From: Fidelibacterota bacterium
GTDB lineage: Bacteria > Fidelibacterota > UBA2242
Direction: 5' to 3'
NCBI GenBank assembly: GCA_049975265.1
Contig: JBNGDF010000007.1
Coordinates: forward strand, 32,001-96,000
DNA: 64,000 nucleotides
The position numbers and the translations under genes are program-made. Below the pieces are notes generated by a model. It searched no databases. It saw nothing but the letters and a program-made list of their open reading frames with translations, and was not told the origin of the DNA. Below, piece after piece: positions 38,163 to 47,879 of the stretch (position 1 is the stretch's first letter; every line of letters starts with the position of its first letter).

Positions 38163-39580
38163 TATTTACCCTGTCCCGACGCAATGGATGTCGCCACCCG
38201 GTTTATTGCGCTCACAATAAAAGGCAACTCCTTGTCTGCCACGGCTTTCAGGTCCAGAAAAAATTGTCCTTCCCGGATGTAGCCGACCACCGGCGGGTCC
38301 TGCTTCCGGAAAAGCGCCGCCAGTTTTGTCTCAGAAATTTTGGTACAGTTCATCCGCAATGCCACGCTGGGAATCGTCTCCGTGGGCATCGAGCCGCTAC
38401 CGGCTTCGGCGACCGAATCGCAGATTTCAACCTGGAAAATACTTTTTGCCCCATCATCCAGGCCGGCAAGAACGGTCTTCGCCATTTTGCGCAGAGCCGT
38501 ACGACGGCGCGTCAGAAAGCGATAGGTCTTGATATCCGGTTGCCCGCCTGCGATCATATAGCGACTTAGGATGAAAGCCAGCATGCTCAGGATCAATTTA
38601 TCACACCGCACCGCCCGCATCAGCGGATTTTTCCGGAGCTTGCCCAGATATTCACGCTTGCCGACCACAATACCCGCCTGCGCAGCGCCCAACAGTTTAT
38701 CGCCGCTGAAGCTGACCAGGTCAAATCCCCGGGCAACAGCGTCGGCGACCACCGTTTCATGCGGTAAACCGAAGGTTTCCATGGCAATCAGTGCACCACT
38801 GCCGAGGTCCAGCATGACAGGTAGATTATGGTGGTGCGCCAATTCAATAATGTCGGATTCCGCCGGCTTGCTGGTAAAGCCCTGAATCCGGTAGTTGGAG
38901 GTATGTGCCAGCAGGACCGCTGCAGTACCGGGAGTAATGGCATTCTCGTAATCCGCCAGATGCGTCCGGTTGGTGGTACCGATCTCCACCATTTTGGCAC
39001 CGCTCTTTTTCATCACGTCGGGCAGACGGAACGAGCCACCAATTTCGATCAGCTCACCCCGGGACACTATCACCTCCCTGCGGTTAGCCAGACTGTTCAG
39101 CATCAACAGAACGGCAGCGGCGTTATTGTTGACGACCACCGCCTGCTGAGCGCCGGTCAGGAGTGTCAGATAATCCTCCAGTAAATCCAGCCGCTCACCC
39201 CGTCTGCCACTCTCCAGGTCTATTTCGAGATTCACATATCCGCTAGCGATATTTTGCAGATACTGAAGAGCATGCTCGCCCAGCGGCGCCCGTCCCAGAC
39301 CGGTGTGCAGCACCACACCGGTGGCGTTGACCACCCGTTGCAGGGGCGTCTCCAAAAGCAGCTTGAGGCAGGCATTCACACTGGATGTCACCATTTTCTG
39401 TGCTGCATCTCTCGATGTCAGCGTCATCCGACCGGCTGATAACTGGTGGCGTAAGCGTTCCAGCTCCCGACGAATGACCTCCGTCAGCACCTCTGTTTTG
39501 ATATTACTGCACTTAAACTGAGCAACCATCTCGTTGACAGAGGGCAGATATTGAAAACCGGTAGTCTGTTTTTGATTCAT
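38162..39580 (-). CDS. selA: L-seryl-tRNA(Sec) selenium transferase
   Basis: VNATGVVLHT.LGRAPL, VNNNAAAV, SRGELIEIGGSFR, DLGSG and FSGDKLLG. Confidence 0.96.
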   Translation of the reverse strand: MNQKQTTGFQYLPSVNEMVAQFKCSNIKTEVLTEVIRRELERLRHQLSAGRMTLTSRDAAQKMVTSSVNACLKLLLETPLQRVVNATGVVLHTGLGRAPLGEHALQYLQNIASGYVNLEIDLESGRRGERLDLLEDYLTLLTGAQQAVVVNNNAAAVLLMLNSLANRREVIVSRGELIEIGGSFRLPDVMKKSGAKMVEIGTTNRTHLADYENAITPGTAAVLLAHTSNYRIQGFTSKPAESDIIELAHHHNLPVMLDLGSGALIAMETFGLPHETVVADAVARGFDLVSFSGDKLLGAAQAGIVVGKREYLGKLRKNPLMRAVRCDKLILSMLAFILSRYMIAGGQPDIKTYRFLTRRRTALRKMAKTVLAGLDDGAKSIFQVEICDSVAEAGSGSMPTETIPSVALRMNCTKISETKLAALFRKQDPPVVGYIREGQFFLDLKAVADKELPFIVSAINRVATSIASGQGK

Positions 39581-39587
39581 GAAGTTC

Positions 39588-40229
39588 TCATTTGTTCTTG
39601 TAAAGCATTTGATTAATGCGCACCGCCGAAACTTCTCCTTCCCGCAGAATCTCCCAGCGCTCGGTGTACAGTTTCAGCAATGTAGAACCGGGACTGGTTG
39701 CTGCTTTACCGTTATCAATGACAACCTTAATCTGATCCGGAAAGTAGCTTCGGATTTCTGCTACGGAACATGCCGGTTTGGCGCCGGCGGGATTGACACT
39801 GGTCGTGGAAATCGGGTGAGGGTATCCCGCCAAAAGACGATTTAGCGCCGGCAGATCAACCACCCGCACTCCAATGTAGCCGTTACTGACAAAGGGCGCC
39901 GGAAACTGATTCGGCGATTTTACCGGCAGTAGCAGCGTTACCCGACCGGGCAGCAGCCGATTTACAACCCGCAACTGAAAATCATTTAAATGGTCAAAAT
40001 CCGCCAGGAGGCTTTTGCAATTGGGATAGAGGATACTGAACGGTTTGTCGGACAGGCGCCCCTTCAGCGCCAGCAGGCGCTCCACGCCCAGGGGTTGATA
40101 TATATCCACGCCCAAACCATAGAGTGTATCTGTCGGATAGGCGATGATCTCTCCTTTTTCCAGCGTTCGAAACAGTTCCTGTCGCTGTGTGTCCGTATAA
40201 TCATTCAGGCGAATAATGCGAAGGGTCAT
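39588..40229 (-). CDS. tsaC: L-threonylcarbamoyladenylate synthase (TsaC/YrdC)
   Basis: YPTDTLYGLG, KGR..DKP, PG..T, TSVN and ILREG. Confidence 0.9.
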   Translation of the reverse strand: MTLRIIRLNDYTDTQRQELFRTLEKGEIIAYPTDTLYGLGVDIYQPLGVERLLALKGRLSDKPFSILYPNCKSLLADFDHLNDFQLRVVNRLLPGRVTLLLPVKSPNQFPAPFVSNGYIGVRVVDLPALNRLLAGYPHPISTTSVNPAGAKPACSVAEIRSYFPDQIKVVIDNGKAATSPGSTLLKLYTERWEILREGEVSAVRINQMLYKNK

Positions 40230-41158
40230 GTTCTGTGATCCTTTTCAATCAATACACTCGGTGGGCGGGTCTTCCAGCGACGGTGAATCCAGTAATACTG
40301 CTCTGGGTATTGTACAATCAGCGTTTCGAAGTAGCGGGTATACATCTGAATCAGGTGATTGATACTGGATTTTTCATCCATTGATTCCGGTGTTTCCGGA
40401 GTAAATTTTTGAAACCGAATCTGGTAGCGTCCCCGCTCATTCAGCAGGCAACTGCCCAGCAGAACCGGACACTTTTTCCGCAGGGCAAATAGAATCGGAC
40501 CCCGGAAGCTGGAGGTCCACTGGTCGAAGAACTTGACCCACTCACCCTTTCTTCCGGCGTTCTGATCGGCGATCAGATAAAGCAGTCGGTCATCCCGGAT
40601 ATGGCGCATAGTTGGCAGCGTATAACGGCGACCTTTGGGAAATATCTTCATACCGTTCCTCGTCCGAATTTCTGTCACCAGCCGGTCCACCAGTGGATTT
40701 TTCAGACGGGCAGCAACCGCCGCTATCTGATAGCCCCGGCGAGCCAGCCAGTCGGCAATCAGTTCCCAGTTGCCCAAATGAAACAGGATAATGACCACAC
40801 CCCTTTTTTCGCAAATGGCTTTTTCCAAAGCCGCTGCTTCCACCCGTTCAATCATTTGAAAAAAACGCTCATCCCGCAGCTGATAGCCGGCGAATATGTC
40901 AAAATAGACAGTGGCGAGATGTACATAGACCCGCCGAATCACGCTCCGGTGCCATCCTGCCGATTGATCAGGAAAAGCCCGGCTCAGATTACCGGCTATT
41001 ATGCGCTTACGATAGGGAAAAACGTAAGCGAAAATTAAGCCAATCATTTTCGCCAATTGCCGCCGGTCCCGATGGGATAAGCGCGGCAGGAGCCGGTTTG
41101 ACCAGAAAAGAAACCAATATTCGATATTTTGTTGAAACCTAATCGCAGGAACGCTCAT
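40226..41158 (-). CDS. Lipid A late acyltransferase family (LpxL/HtrB-like)
   Basis: NL.RAFP, HLGNWE, ADQ, V.FF and PEQY.W.HRRWKT. Confidence 0.88.
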   Translation of the reverse strand: MSVPAIRFQQNIEYWFLFWSNRLLPRLSHRDRRQLAKMIGLIFAYVFPYRKRIIAGNLSRAFPDQSAGWHRSVIRRVYVHLATVYFDIFAGYQLRDERFFQMIERVEAAALEKAICEKRGVVIILFHLGNWELIADWLARRGYQIAAVAARLKNPLVDRLVTEIRTRNGMKIFPKGRRYTLPTMRHIRDDRLLYLIADQNAGRKGEWVKFFDQWTSSFRGPILFALRKKCPVLLGSCLLNERGRYQIRFQKFTPETPESMDEKSSINHLIQMYTRYFETLIVQYPEQYYWIHRRWKTRPPSVLIEKDHRT

Positions 41159-41191
41159 GTGCAGCCATTCACCTGTTTTTCCTGACGCCGG

Positions 41192-41656
41192 CTATTCCGG
41201 GTAGGTTCGCCGATAGACATCGTGCATGGTTTCAGAGCCGGTCTGCAATTTCCGGTAGGCATAGCGCAGCGCTTCGTGAAAACTCTCTTTGTGATTATGC
41301 TCATGCTGATAAAAGGTATCAATCCAGTCGATCAGGTCATTTTTACCGCTTTCATCCAGATTCCGAAAAATAGCAAAGATGGGTTCGGCGATTTCAGCAT
41401 GGTACCGCGGTGTAACGGACTTCAATTTGCGGCTGGCTTGCAGCTCCATTTCAATCTCATGGGTCCGATACAGATAGGCATGCAGAAAAACCTTTTTCTC
41501 TTCTTGGGTCAGCGCCTTCCAGTAAATCATCTGACCATAGGCAGTATAGTCGATATTTTTTCCCCGGGCAGGTTCCTGGGCTCGCACCGGAAAACCGAGA
41601 GCACCAATAAGAACAACCACAAAAATATGTCTCCACATTCTTTTATTCTCCTTCAA
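41192..41656 (-). CDS. Hypothetical secreted protein
   Basis: Signal peptide; overlaps the ispG stop; W..L..EEK..FL.AY pattern. Confidence 0.65.
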   Translation of the reverse strand: MKENKRMWRHIFVVVLIGALGFPVRAQEPARGKNIDYTAYGQMIYWKALTQEEKKVFLHAYLYRTHEIEMELQASRKLKSVTPRYHAEIAEPIFAIFRNLDESGKNDLIDWIDTFYQHEHNHKESFHEALRYAYRKLQTGSETMHDVYRRTYPE

Positions 41657-42717
41657 TTCGGAAATTTTTCGATCTCTTCCATGAGTCGGTTGATGACCTG
41701 GAATTCGGGAATCTTTGCCACGACGGATCCTTTTTTAAACAGTAAAAAATTCTGTTTACCGCCCGCCACTCCCAGATCAGCCTCCCGGGCTTCGCCGGGT
41801 CCGTTGACGGCACATCCCATTACAGCAACGGTCAGCGATTTGGAAATCGGTTTTACCCGGGCTTCCAGCTCTTTGACAATTCCGATGACATCTACATCGG
41901 CTCTCCCGCAGGTGGGACAGGAGATGATCGTCACCCCTCTTTGAATCAATTCCAGAGACTTTACTATTTCAAAACCTGCCCGCACTTCCTGAACCGGATC
42001 ATCCGTCAGAGAAACCCGGATGGTGTCACCGATGCCCTCCGCCAGCAGAGTTCCAATACCGATCGCCGATTTGATCGTGCCCTGCCAGGGCGGACCGGCT
42101 TCGGTGACTCCCAGATGGAGCGGATAATCGAAGCGCTCGGCAAACAGACGATTGGCGGCGATCATCAGCGGCACACTGCTGGCTTTCAAGGCAACAATGA
42201 TATCCTCAAAACCGACATCTTCACAAATCCGGATATGCCGGGCTGCGCTTTCTACCATGGCTTCCGCCGTAGGGTGACCATATTGCTGAAGCAGCTCCTG
42301 CTCCAGAGAACCGGAATTGACCCCGATGCGGATCGGCACATTCGCCGCCTGCGCCGCCCTGAGGACCGCTTTGACCCGCTCGCTGCTGCCGATATTCCCG
42401 GGATTGATTCGGATTTTGTCGGCGCCGGCATCAATAGCCCGTAATGCCAGTTGGTAGTTGAAATGAATATCGGCAATCAGTGGAACCGTCATCGCCTTCT
42501 TGATCTCTGCCAAAGCAGCAGCGGCTGTTTCATCGGGTACAGTTACGCGGATCAGCTGACAACCCGCCGCCTCCAGTTCTTTTACTTGACGGACGACAGC
42601 AGCGACATTTGCCGTATGCGGCGTGGTCATGGATTGCACACTCACCGGAAACCCACCGCCCACCGGCAGCTTACCCACCGTCACAATTCTGCTTATACGG
42701 CGTTGTATATCAGTCAT
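41653..42717 (-). CDS. ispG: HMBPP synthase
   Basis: VQSMT, ADIHF, RINPGNIG, IRIGVN.GSL, HLGVTEAG, SCPTCGR and MGC.VNGPGEA. Confidence 0.97.
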   Translation of the reverse strand: MTDIQRRISRIVTVGKLPVGGGFPVSVQSMTTPHTANVAAVVRQVKELEAAGCQLIRVTVPDETAAAALAEIKKAMTVPLIADIHFNYQLALRAIDAGADKIRINPGNIGSSERVKAVLRAAQAANVPIRIGVNSGSLEQELLQQYGHPTAEAMVESAARHIRICEDVGFEDIIVALKASSVPLMIAANRLFAERFDYPLHLGVTEAGPPWQGTIKSAIGIGTLLAEGIGDTIRVSLTDDPVQEVRAGFEIVKSLELIQRGVTIISCPTCGRADVDVIGIVKELEARVKPISKSLTVAVMGCAVNGPGEAREADLGVAGGKQNFLLFKKGSVVAKIPEFQVINRLMEEIEKFPN

Positions 42718-42768
42718 AGTTACAAATTAATATCACCGGGTATTCTTCACAATAAAAATCCCCGGCAA

Positions 42769-43902
42769 TTACCCGGCATAAGGCTCCGCCAGATATCGCC
42801 TGGCTTCCTCCATAGCACTGCTGCGATTGTCCAGTGAAGCAGCCTTTTGATATAGTTCAAGAGCAGCCTGCCGTTTGCCCTGCAGATCATAGATTTTACC
42901 CAGACGCACATAGGCATTGCCCAGATCGAAATCCATCTCTGAGTCGTAAGCCGCAATATATTCGGACAGCAACCGCGCCGCCAGTTCCAGATCACCTTCG
43001 AGAAACGCCCGGCTGCCGTGAAAAAGCTTCAGACGCTGCTTATATTCCTTATGAAAAAAGGGCTCCATACCGGGCAGACGCTTTTCGATTCTCTTCAGGT
43101 TTTCGGTTACGTCCGGGTTGCCGGTCTGAATTTTCATCTCCGCGTACATGTAATTGAAATAGGGGTTGTCGGGGAACTCTTCCAGTAGCATATCCAGCCA
43201 GCGTTGCGCCTCGCCGTAATTGGCTTCGAAGTAAATATTGAGATAGGCTAAAAGGCTGCGCGCTTCATAACGGCTATAGTTCCCCTGCAGGGCAGCAGTT
43301 TCAATTTGCTGCAAGCCCTCTTCCTTGGAGCCGGAAATTTGCAGAATCCAGGAGGCAATTTTCATGAACTTTGACGAGAGCCCGACATAATAATTAAAAA
43401 CACCGAAAGCAATGATAATATCGGGATTGTCGGGATTTATTTTCAGCGCCGATTTAAAGTTGCGAATAATGCGATAACCACTGATTAACACTCCCAGATA
43501 ATCCTTTTCCGCCAGCAGGACCCGTGCCCGGAGTCCGTTCGCCAGCCCCATATAGTAGATAATTTCCGAGTTATCCGGGTCCAGCACCAGCTGCCGGCGA
43601 TAATCGAGCAGTACATCTTCAATATCCGCCAACAATTCCCGATTCCCGGCGGCATGCCCGTAATTGCCCTGATTGTAAATCCATTCGTTGGCGACCGCGC
43701 CGAGCGGACCGAGCGGATGATAGGGTTCATTCCCCGCAACCTCTAAAAAAATATCCCGCGCCTGTTTATGCTCCATCCGGTTCATGGCTTTCAGTGCTTC
43801 CTGCAGGCGCGCCTCCTGCATTTCAGCGGTCTGCGCTCCGAGCGGGAGAGCCATCGGGAGCGAAAAACAAATATTCAGCAGAATGATCTGGAAATATTTC
43901 AT
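42769..43902 (-). CDS. Secreted TPR protein
   Basis: Signal peptide from ATG 43902; several TPR-like helix pairs; G.FNYY...G..EEG motif. Confidence 0.75.
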   Translation of the reverse strand: MKYFQIILLNICFSLPMALPLGAQTAEMQEARLQEALKAMNRMEHKQARDIFLEVAGNEPYHPLGPLGAVANEWIYNQGNYGHAAGNRELLADIEDVLLDYRRQLVLDPDNSEIIYYMGLANGLRARVLLAEKDYLGVLISGYRIIRNFKSALKINPDNPDIIIAFGVFNYYVGLSSKFMKIASWILQISGSKEEGLQQIETAALQGNYSRYEARSLLAYLNIYFEANYGEAQRWLDMLLEEFPDNPYFNYMYAEMKIQTGNPDVTENLKRIEKRLPGMEPFFHKEYKQRLKLFHGSRAFLEGDLELAARLLSEYIAAYDSEMDFDLGNAYVRLGKIYDLQGKRQAALELYQKAASLDNRSSAMEEARRYLAEPYAG

Positions 43903-43989
43903 TAAATCCCGTCTTTTTACCGGACGTTTAGGAAAATGCCCCAATTACTCGGGGCATTTCGATTATCATCACGCAAGCGTTCAATCGGA

Positions 43990-44922
43990 TTATTCAATAA
44001 AGTCGGCTTCCATGAAATCTTCCAGGCGAAATCGCCCTTCCTTTTCCAGTTCGCGGACCTTTTCGACAATCAGTTTCTGTGCCGCTTCCACTTTGCGGCG
44101 CGGCTGCGGACCCTCCAGCAGTTCCATCTCATCTTCCAGAATAATCTGGGTCCGCTGCGGCAGTGAATTAATAAAGAGTTCCTTTATCTCTTCACTCTGC
44201 CCCTTGAGAGCATAGGCAATTTCCGAGGCTTCCACGGATTTCAGGACATCGGAAAGAATGTCGTGCGGCAGCTTCGGCAGGTCCTCAAAACTGAAGTAGT
44301 GGCGTTTGACCTCCTGGACGATGTCGGGCGCCTCTTTCTCCAAGTGCTCCAGGAAACGTTTTTCGTCCTTGGGACGCATCTGACTAAGAATGCCGGCGAG
44401 ATTTTGACCGCCGCCCCGTTTGAATTCCGAAGCCCGGGGAATAAAAGCCGATTTCTCCTTTAAATCATTGGCAATACTAACAACCCCTTCGAGAGGAATG
44501 TCGTCCAGATGACCGATTTCGGTCACTACTTTGGGCTGAACCGTCGGGTCCAGCGCCTGCAGCACATTCACTTGCCGTTCCACGGGTAGCTGGGCAATCG
44601 TCAGCGCCATAATCCGCGGCGATTCTGTGCCGATCAGATAGACAACCTGTTCGTCGGTAAGGTTGCTTAAAAACTCAAAAGGCTTTTTAGTCTCCTCGGT
44701 AGCCGGTGTGAATTTCTCCGAGACAAAACTGAAATAAAACTCCTCCAGAATCTCCTTTTTAACCTGGAAAGGAATATTATTAATCGTCGCCATCCGCTGA
44801 CGCACCTTCTGAATCTGCTCCTTGCTCATACCTTTGAAAAGCTGCAGCGCCAGATTATTTCCCAATGTTTTAAACAGGATGGCTACTTTATCTAAACCGT
44901 CGAGATTTTTAAAATCCACCAT
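43990..44922 (-). CDS. fliG: FliG-like rotor protein
   Basis: LDGLDKVAILF..LG (FliG-N), PFEFL and GG linker, YFSFEDL (MFxF equivalent), C-terminal R....LEDE..L.GP....VEAAQ..IV..VR.LE.EG; strong AAGGAGG SD. Confidence 0.9.
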   Translation of the reverse strand: MVDFKNLDGLDKVAILFKTLGNNLALQLFKGMSKEQIQKVRQRMATINNIPFQVKKEILEEFYFSFVSEKFTPATEETKKPFEFLSNLTDEQVVYLIGTESPRIMALTIAQLPVERQVNVLQALDPTVQPKVVTEIGHLDDIPLEGVVSIANDLKEKSAFIPRASEFKRGGGQNLAGILSQMRPKDEKRFLEHLEKEAPDIVQEVKRHYFSFEDLPKLPHDILSDVLKSVEASEIAYALKGQSEEIKELFINSLPQRTQIILEDEMELLEGPQPRRKVEAAQKLIVEKVRELEKEGRFRLEDFMEADFIE

Positions 44923-44936
44923 TTTTTCCTTCCTCC

Positions 44937-46370
44937 TTAGAATTCTGATTCGCTCTCTTCGGCTTGTTTCTGCTGGCTCAACCACTCATTGATCACGCGG
45001 GAAGCCGTCTCGGGCTGACCGACGCTCATGGAGATGACCGACTGTTTGATACCCTTCATCTCCTCTTTGGCAGCACCGATATCATAGGATGCTTCCTGCT
45101 TGGGTGTTTCGGCTGCCGGTGCACTTGGTGGTGCCTGCTCCGGCGGCGCAGCGGGTGTCGAAGGCTGGACCGGCTGGGTCGGTTGAGTAGGCGTCGTCTG
45201 CGACGGACGCGGTCCCATGGGTACTTTCGTCCCATAACCCCATTCCAATTCCTGGCGTTTCTGATGATTGCGCCGATTAACCAGCAGTATAATCACCAGT
45301 ACTATCAGCGCGACGGCAAAGAGTCCCAAAATGATATAGAAAACCCGATTGTCCATCTTTGCGAATCCGGGCGGGGTTGTCTCCAGGGCACCCATCTCCA
45401 ATTCCTGCAGCCTGCGATTGCTTTCCCGCAGCTGCTCCTTGAGATTGTATAATTCCGTCTCACGGGCATCGGCAAGGGCGCGGGTCTGTTGCCGCTGATC
45501 ATCGGAAATCTGCGGCGATTCCAGCTGATTTTTCAGGTCTGAAATCTGTCTGCGCAGCTCCTGAATCCGCAGCGAATCCCGAATGACTGCCTGGCGTTCA
45601 AGTTGCTTCTGCTGTTCAATTTGGGATAGTCTTTCGGCTTCCTGCTGACGGCGCTCGAGATTATCAATCTTTTCAGCGATGTTTTTCAGGATAATGGCTT
45701 CCGCGGCGTCCTGATCTTCCCGCTTTTTAAAGGAGGCTGTCATAACGCTGATAACATCACCCCGGGAGCGGTCGTAATGGGAGGCGACGGCAACTACCTG
45801 ACGGACATTTTCGATAATTTCAGGAGTAACCCCATCCTCCATAATGATATTGACCTGCTGCCTCTTAATTACCGGAATCGCCGGACCTGTTGAGCGGGTC
45901 GTCTTTGCAGATTTTTTTGTAGGAGTCTGAGCGGATTCTCGGGTAACTTCCTCCGGCGGTCCTTCCCGCAGGGTGGCTGTCGCTGCTTCCTGTTCCGCCC
46001 GAACGATCTCCTCCGGTGTCTCGAAGCCGGGTAAAGGCAATCCCAAATCCGAGCTGGGTCTGACCGGGCGTTGCTCCTCCGCCTCTGCCGGTGCCGTTTT
46101 AACTTGTGTTTGGGCGGTCTCTCCGATTGCCATCTCCGTATCTTTCGCCGCCTGAAACTCCAGTTCAACCACCACATCAACTACAAACTTGATATCATCC
46201 AGCAGTTTGTCCAGCGCTTCGGTAATCCGCTCACGGAGATTGTTCTCCAGCATCAGCTTCTGTGAAAGATAGGACAGTTGATTGTCTTGTGATGGTGTCC
46301 AGATCACTGTGATAATCAAAATGATCCCAATCAGCATCCATTTATTGAATCTTGTCCGACTCTTGAGCAT
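44937..46370 (-). CDS. Reduced FliF-like ring protein (RBM3/S-ring + coiled coil + TM + FliG-binding tail)
   Basis: LENNLRERI..L......V.V..EL.F and IKRQQV.I.......V..VVA.A...D.SRGD.ISV....F match the two halves of FliF RBM3; C-terminal PETASRVINEWL; directly upstream of fliG. Confidence 0.72.
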   Translation of the reverse strand: MLKSRTRFNKWMLIGIILIITVIWTPSQDNQLSYLSQKLMLENNLRERITEALDKLLDDIKFVVDVVVELEFQAAKDTEMAIGETAQTQVKTAPAEAEEQRPVRPSSDLGLPLPGFETPEEIVRAEQEAATATLREGPPEEVTRESAQTPTKKSAKTTRSTGPAIPVIKRQQVNIIMEDGVTPEIIENVRQVVAVASHYDRSRGDVISVMTASFKKREDQDAAEAIILKNIAEKIDNLERRQQEAERLSQIEQQKQLERQAVIRDSLRIQELRRQISDLKNQLESPQISDDQRQQTRALADARETELYNLKEQLRESNRRLQELEMGALETTPPGFAKMDNRVFYIILGLFAVALIVLVIILLVNRRNHQKRQELEWGYGTKVPMGPRPSQTTPTQPTQPVQPSTPAAPPEQAPPSAPAAETPKQEASYDIGAAKEEMKGIKQSVISMSVGQPETASRVINEWLSQQKQAEESESEF

Positions 46371-46385
46371 CGTCCTTCTCCTAAT

Positions 46386-47069
46386 TTATAAAATTGTCAA
46401 AAAGAATATTTCAACACGCCGATTCATCGCCATACGCTCGGGGGTAGTATTGGCTTCTGCGATCGTTGCTCCGGGAGCCCGGGGACGTGTGTCCGCATAG
46501 CCAATCGCCTGAAACCGCTCGGGCGAAATGCCCCGTGCAATGTAGTAACGCACCACCTGCGCCGCCCGCGCCGCCGAGAGCTCCCAATTGGAGGGAAACA
46601 TCGCCGACCGAATCGGTACATTATCGGTATGTCCCTCGATGGCAATCGGATAATTGGATTTTTTCATCATATCTTCGAATTTATTTAAAATCGGGTAGAT
46701 ACGGGGATTCAGATCGGCACTGCCGATTCCAAAGGATATTTCACTGGGAATCTTGATGGCGACACCACGCTCGCTGGTCTCCACCTGAATCTGCTCCTGT
46801 AAATTTTCCTCCTCAATGACCTTGACTACATCGGAATAGATTTCCGCCAAGGAATATTTTTTGGTTTTCGCCTTCTTACCCAGCGCCTGTCCGACGGAAT
46901 CACTGAACTGCTCCAGCTTGACGGGATCAATTGTAGACATGGAAAAGAGCAGCACGAAAAAGGTCATCAGCAGCGTCATCATATCGCCGTAGGTCACCAG
47001 CCACGGTTCTTGATCACCCCTGGACTCTTCGAATATATTTTTCTTTTTACGTTTGCCTTCCTCTGCCAT
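46386..47069 (-). CDS. motB: Stator B subunit (MotB/PomB/MotS family)
   Basis: WLVTYGDMMTLLMTFFVLLFSMS TM with the conserved Asp; OmpA-like IEGHTDN.P, SNWELS.ARA and NRRVEI. Confidence 0.95.
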   Translation of the reverse strand: MAEEGKRKKKNIFEESRGDQEPWLVTYGDMMTLLMTFFVLLFSMSTIDPVKLEQFSDSVGQALGKKAKTKKYSLAEIYSDVVKVIEEENLQEQIQVETSERGVAIKIPSEISFGIGSADLNPRIYPILNKFEDMMKKSNYPIAIEGHTDNVPIRSAMFPSNWELSAARAAQVVRYYIARGISPERFQAIGYADTRPRAPGATIAEANTTPERMAMNRRVEIFFLTIL

Positions 47070-47075
47070 CTGACC

Positions 47076-47864
47076 TTATTCCTCGGGTTTTTTCCAGTCA
47101 CGCGGTCTCAGATAGGAATTCAGTTTTTCACGTACGATCAGAGGATGCTTGCGGGCATGTATCAGTAAAACTCCCTCAATCAGCATCTGCTGCATCATTG
47201 TCTGATTCTTAATCCGGATTTCGAACTTTTCCGCCATGGGATTAAAAAACATGTTCGCCAGAATTGTCCCGTAAAACGTCGTGATCAAGGCAGCGCCCAT
47301 TCCGGCACCCAAAACTGCCATCGGATCGTCACCGCCGCCAGCCATGTCAGCCATTCCGTACAGCATCACCACCAAACCGATCAGTGTTCCGATCATTCCA
47401 AAAGCCGGCGAATATTTGCCCATCGTCCGCAGCACATTGGCTTCGCCCTTTTCCCGTAATATCCGGTTTTCGATGCGGGTTTCCAGAATTTCCCGAATTT
47501 CATCGGGATTATAGCCGTCAATCACCATCTGGAGACCATCACGAAGAAAGAAATTTTTGACACTGCCCAAAGATTTTTCCAGTTCCTGCATACTCTTTCG
47601 GGCAATCGGTGCCAACTCCACAATAGCATCCACTTCGCTAGGCAGATCAATCTTCTGCTTTTTGAACACCGCAAAGGTGGAGCGCAGCAAACCGAACACA
47701 TCCCGCATGGAAAAGCTCAGCAGCGTTGCGGCAAAGGAGCCGCCTGCCACAATCAGAAAGCTGGACAAGCTTACGAAAACAATAAAATTCGGGGTCAACT
47801 GGTAGATTCCCAGTACAATCAGTCCAATTCCGGCAAAGATCCCCAATAGACTCGCTATATCCAT
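47076..47864 (-). CDS. motA: Stator A subunit (MotA/PomA/MotP family)
   Basis: MD.ASLLG, IV.GGS.AA, FL..GLQMVIDG, PAFGMIGTLIGLV.ML, ALITTFYG...AN....P and I.EKL.SYL. Confidence 0.95.
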   Translation of the reverse strand: MDIASLLGIFAGIGLIVLGIYQLTPNFIVFVSLSSFLIVAGGSFAATLLSFSMRDVFGLLRSTFAVFKKQKIDLPSEVDAIVELAPIARKSMQELEKSLGSVKNFFLRDGLQMVIDGYNPDEIREILETRIENRILREKGEANVLRTMGKYSPAFGMIGTLIGLVVMLYGMADMAGGGDDPMAVLGAGMGAALITTFYGTILANMFFNPMAEKFEIRIKNQTMMQQMLIEGVLLIHARKHPLIVREKLNSYLRPRDWKKPEE

Positions 47865-47879
47865 ACAGTACTTCCCTCT

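Noticed and set aside
36261..39580. tRNA-Sec (selC) or selD near selAB
   Set aside because: No tRNA-like sequence or SelD ORF seen; the flanking gaps are too short.
46386..47864. MotAB pair as Zorya (ZorAB), TolQR or ExbBD
   Set aside because: MotA is normal length with no long ZorA tail, MotB has flagellar-type TM and OmpA motifs, and the neighbours are FliF/FliG-like rather than ZorC/D/E, TolA/B or TonB.
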